Below, one piece after another: positions 59,760 through 64,000 of a stretch of 64,000 nucleotides of DNA. This DNA is from Dicyema japonicum. Lineage: Eukaryota > Animalia > Dicyemida. Both the position numbers and the translations under genes were made by a program. Location of the stretch: assembly GCA_011109175.1 (NCBI GenBank), contig RDEW01000063.1, positions 34,920-98,919 of the forward strand, given 5' to 3'. The notes under the pieces are model-generated. The model worked only from the letters and a program-made list of their open reading frames with translations. It ran no database searches and was not told the origin of the DNA. The number at the start of each line of letters is the position of its first letter. Positions within the stretch are counted from its first letter, which is position 1.

Positions 59760-60431
59760 TTTATAAAGAAATCCGATATATTGAATGATAATAAAAAGTG
59801 AGATTTCATTAGAAGACACATAGTATCCAAATCTAGTAAGAGTGTAAACTTTACCGTTTTAAAATACATGATGGATTATCCCTTAACACTGCGAGATTAA
59901 TGCCGTAGATGAGTCATTGTTTTAATCTCAAATCTCCTTTCATTCCAACAAGATTTTCTTAATGAATATCAGTCTGATGGGGCAAAAAACTATCAAAGTC
60001 TATACGGTGATTAGGTTTGTGCAAATATTTTGTTTGGGAACATATTTCTCCCTATTTATTTCTTTAGCAGCACATGTTTCTAATCAATTTTATTTATTTA
60101 TTAATTCCGAGAAAAAAGTTAAAGTAAACAACTAATTTAGTGTATCCAGTTTCCACTTCTATATAGAGTCCATTCGGAATCAACATAAAGGGTAAAGACG
60201 TCTATACTTGCAGTTGTGGAAACTCTTCCAGTGGAGTGGGGTAGAGCGAATGATCCTTTTTCGTGCCAGGTAAGCACTGGGCACCATTTAGATAGATGGA
60301 TCACATGACGCCACTCTAGTAGGAAGAGAGAGAAGGAGCAGACAAACAAACCGAAAACTTCAAACAATTAGCCACGCAACACCACATGGCGCCACGCGAC
60401 GAATGGTAATCTAATTAATTAATGATCTAAT

Positions 60432-60720
60432 CAAGTGTTTTTCAACGAGGGGCGATTTTACAAATAAATTTATTTTAAATAATTTAAATAATGAAGCGTG
60501 CAACTTTTAATGGAACCTGTTAAAAAATAAGAGAATATAAAGTAACTATTCATCCTATAATTTTATTCAAAATCCAAAGGATCTACTTTGTGTTTGAATG
60601 TGGTTTGGATTCTTTCTAATAGAGATGAAGCCATCTCGCTTATTAGAACACGCAAAACGCAAACATCAAATCACTAGGAAATGATGTTGAATTTTTTAGA
60701 AGCCTGAAGCGAAGCTATAA
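60432..60720 (+). mobile_element. hAT (Buster/Charlie-like) transposon 5' remnant
   Basis: BED-like LCLECG..LSN..MKPSRLLEH...KH (frameshifted); TIR-like AGTGTTTTTCAAC. Confidence 0.55.
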
Positions 60721-60822
60721 CAAATTGATAAAAATAACTTCATTAATAAATACCTACAAATCCTCAAACTATTCATGCTTGCCAACAACAGTTTTTCTTT
60801 ATTTTATTTTATATAGGTAATC

Positions 60823-62217
60823 TTGGAGTATTTGGAGTATTTTCTGTCACCAGGACAAAGTGGTTTCCGGTCAGGCAGATCCACTGCCGATGTCATTTGG
60901 ACACACAGATGGTCAAGTCCTCTATGCCAAAAATATAAAAAGTGCATAGATGTTCTCGGAATAGACATGTCCAGAGCGTTTGACTCGGTTCATAGAGGCA
61001 AACTTTTTGAAGTACTCACAAGCTTCCTAACAACGGATGATGTCAAAATTATACAAAAACTACTGCAGAATACGCAACTAGCAACCAAACTCGGAAAAAC
61101 TACTTCAGAATTCTTTTATACTTCACGTGGAATTCCGCAAGGAGACTCTTTGTCACCAGTTCTATTCATAATCCACCTGGAGGCTGCACTGAGAGAGTTC
61201 AGGCCTTTTATTGAGAACAACAAAATAATCGAGTTAATATATGCAGACGATCNCAAATTTATACAAAAACTACTGCAGAATACGCAACTAGCAGCCAAAC
61301 TCGGAAAAACTACTTCAGAAATCTATTATACTTCACGTGGAATTCCGCAAGGAGACTCTTTGTCACAAGTTTTATTCATAATCTACCTGGAGGCTGCACT
61401 GAGAGATTTCAGGCCTTTAATTGAGAACAACAAAATAATCGAGTTAATATATGCAGACGATCATGACTTTGTTTGTGAAAATGTTGAAATTCTTCATCAC
61501 GTTCTTAAGAACTTACCATTTCTAAATGGTTCTTAGTTGTTAACCAAGACAAAACTGAATATACAAAACTTGTACGAGTTGTACGCACTTACGACGAATC
61601 ATGGAGAAGGCATAAAAAAGTTGGTTCATTACTTGGTGACTCAGAAGATGTTACCCACAGAAAAATCCTTTCCACTGCAGCATATAAAAAATTCTAAACA
61701 ATCAGGCGTTCTAAGAAGAGCATAACTACGAATTCAAAGCTAAAATTGTATAAAACATTCGTGACATACAACATGGAGGATTACGAAACGGGAAATGGAC
61801 AATCTTGATCAATTTCATAAAAATCAACTAAGAAACATTTTGAGAATACATTTCCCGAAAAAGATATCAAATTCAGAACTGTACAAAAGATGTGGCTTAA
61901 GGCCATTATCAGAGGAGATTCACAAGGCAAGGTGGAGACTTTTTGGTCACATCTTACGAATGGATATGTTGACTCCACCAAACATTGCAATAGAGAACTA
62001 TTTCGCACAACTGAAGGGATCATTCCGTGGCAGGCCTAGAGTGACGTTGCCTTCAATAGTAAATGATAACCTAATCAGAATAAACAAAACTCGACGAAAT
62101 GGTAAAGATCTTGACTCACTACGAGCAATGTCCCGGAACAGGGGAACATTGAAGCGGATGTGTGGGTGGATATTTGACGAGCACAAAAGGAACTTAATTA
62201 GTCTAATTAATTTTTGA
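60823..62217 (+). mobile_element. RTE RT to 3' end; internal ~200-bp duplication across an N
   Basis: QSGFRSGRSTAD, GIDMSRAFD, GIPQGDSLSP, YADD, ARWRLFGHILRM. Confidence 0.9.
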
Positions 62218-62338
62218 ATTCCCGGGAGTGCTTAAAAAATAAAAAAATATCTTTAATTTATGAATCTACCATACTAAATAATAAACCACAACAACAATTA
62301 GTAAAATAGTTAATGGAAATTACTCAAATGTGTTAACT

Positions 62339-63850
62339 TTAATGATGGTTGATGTAATTCTAAATTATAAAAATAACAACATTGTATTTTCTTTGAAAAA
62401 GCTCAGCATAGTCATGGATCTCTTTCATATTGGATAGTAAACATACAGTCTCAATTTTCATAATAATGTTATGAGAAACAAACATGTCCATAAATAAGAA
62501 ATTATGATACAATAATGTTAGATTGGCACATTCCCACACAGCCCAAAGCCAAATTCGTTCATCTGTGTTCACATTTAATAAATTTATCGTTGATTCCATT
62601 GACCTTAGGAAATACCTAGGAAATACCTCATATCTAAATCAACAGAAAATATCGTATCTCTGATTTTACTGGTGATTGGATAATTAAGCTTTTTTATAAA
62701 CTGAACAATTTTTTCTAAAATGTGTTCACGTGGATTCAAATCGCTAAAATCAGAATTCAAAAAAGTAGGAAAAATATCATTTGGATCACATAATATCTGG
62801 CAGATACATCAATATAAAAAATAGGTGACATCAGTAGAACGGTTTGAGTATTCAATTTCCCTTTTCAATAAATAAAAATTTTACAATATAAAATCTAGTA
62901 GACGGTCCTTATTAAATATCTGGTGTTTGAGGATTTAGCCATATTTTCCACAATTTTAATTAAAAGAATAAATATATAATCGTCATCATAGGTAGACACA
63001 GAAAATCTGTCGAAAAAATAATAAATATAATAAATTCCACTATAATCAAGAAACAAATTCACATTCTTTTCATTTTCGTCTACAAAAATATATTTTAAAT
63101 ACCTAGAAGACACTTCAACAAACTAAAACGGAGTATATTATTTTTGTCATCTTTTTTAAACTGTTCAACGCATGACTAAAAATTTATTGTTTTTTGAACT
63201 TTGACAAGTCCTTCAGAATAACCAAGATAGGCAAGAAGATTGATACTCAATTTTTTTACAATATAACGAGGATGAAGATAAAAAGCATTATTCCAGTAAT
63301 AAAGTTTTATTAACACAATTGAAAGTGCAGGAAGCTAAAAATAAGAATTAACTAACAAAAATAGATATCTTCCACGGTTTAAAATCATCCAAAAACTTAC
63401 AATGAAAAGATCCTATTAAATCACACATATTTTCATACGTAATAATGTCAAGAAAAGTATCAAAAATAAAGCTATGGATGAAATCTACTTATACCAAGTA
63501 TTAGCATATGAAATTGGTTGATTTATGATTATTCTGTTTAGAATTTCCCTGAAATTAAAATATTAAATTACAGAATTGAACTAGCATACAGATATTTACA
63601 ATCATATAAAAATCGACGGAGAAGCTAAATTTATATTTTAAAATACTCTCAAAAATGGTTTTAATAATTTATTTTCAATTTTAAATTTGAAACTAACAAT
63701 CGACTCAAAAACACCCGCCAGTAGATCAATGTCATTCAAACGTAGAGCAGATCTGACTAGGTTATTTAAAGTTGATTCCGAATCATTCTATATTCTTTAA
63801 TATAAATACAGAATCGGTTATATTTTTACTGAAATGTAAAATTTTCCCAT
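62339..63850 (-). CDS. Unidentified intron-rich host gene (helical, AT-rich); ends uncertain
   Basis: Open exons linked by 21-25 nt GT-AG introns (e.g. PFLR|LLRRFLYDCKYLYASSIL|EILNRII; ERIWLWAVWECANL). Confidence 0.5.
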
Positions 63851-64000
63851 CTTGAAATTTTTTAAATCCCATTTTTTTAATTTTGCTTAGATTATTAAAA
63901 TCAATAACTTTGTTAACTTTTTTAGTTTTCTTTTTTTAATAAAACATCCAGATAAATTTACGTAAGTAAGGTTCTTGGCGTTTTTGAAAAAAGAATAGAA

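Noticed and set aside
60137-60420. Penelope GIY-YIG endonuclease (VYTCSCG)
   Set aside because: YIG and R/EH motifs are not recoverable; too degraded to call
61050-61462. Duplicated RT core (two YADD motifs)
   Set aside because: The ~200-bp duplicate is joined at an N (61253), so it is most likely a scaffolding or haplotype overlap

Overview
AT-rich eukaryotic (animal) genomic DNA, not prokaryotic. Islands of compact host genes split by tiny (~21-30 nt) spliceosomal introns alternate with patchworks of decayed transposon fragments. Host genes that could be spliced by hand: SRCAP/domino, pyrroline-5-carboxylate reductase, MELK, an Ig-domain type-I membrane protein, LRRC57, KIF3A, an SLC36/PAT transporter, a tetraspanin, RTCA and two unidentified genes. 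The gene set and intron size suggest a highly reduced parasitic animal such as a myxozoan or dicyemid (inference). Mobile DNA comprises RTE (including one BovB-like copy), I/Jockey-group, CRE, R4/Dong and CR1-like non-LTR retrotransposons, MULE, Ginger-like, pogo/Tigger and hAT DNA transposons, and a tRNA-headed SINE-like element. Top observations: (1) four in-frame TAA/TAG codons in the conserved 5' (HSA) part of an otherwise intact SRCAP gene, one at a conserved Gln, while TAA/TAG are true stops in neighbouring genes; (2) a three-gene co-directional cluster with a 39-nt spacer resembling a trans-spliced operon; (3) two tiny introns lacking an AG acceptor; (4) a tRNA-headed RNA with a covarying 3' hairpin. 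The assembly shows recurrent single-base homopolymer deletions, so single-nucleotide claims need read-level checks. Exon structures were derived by eye, homologue sequences are recalled from memory, and transposon boundaries are approximate.
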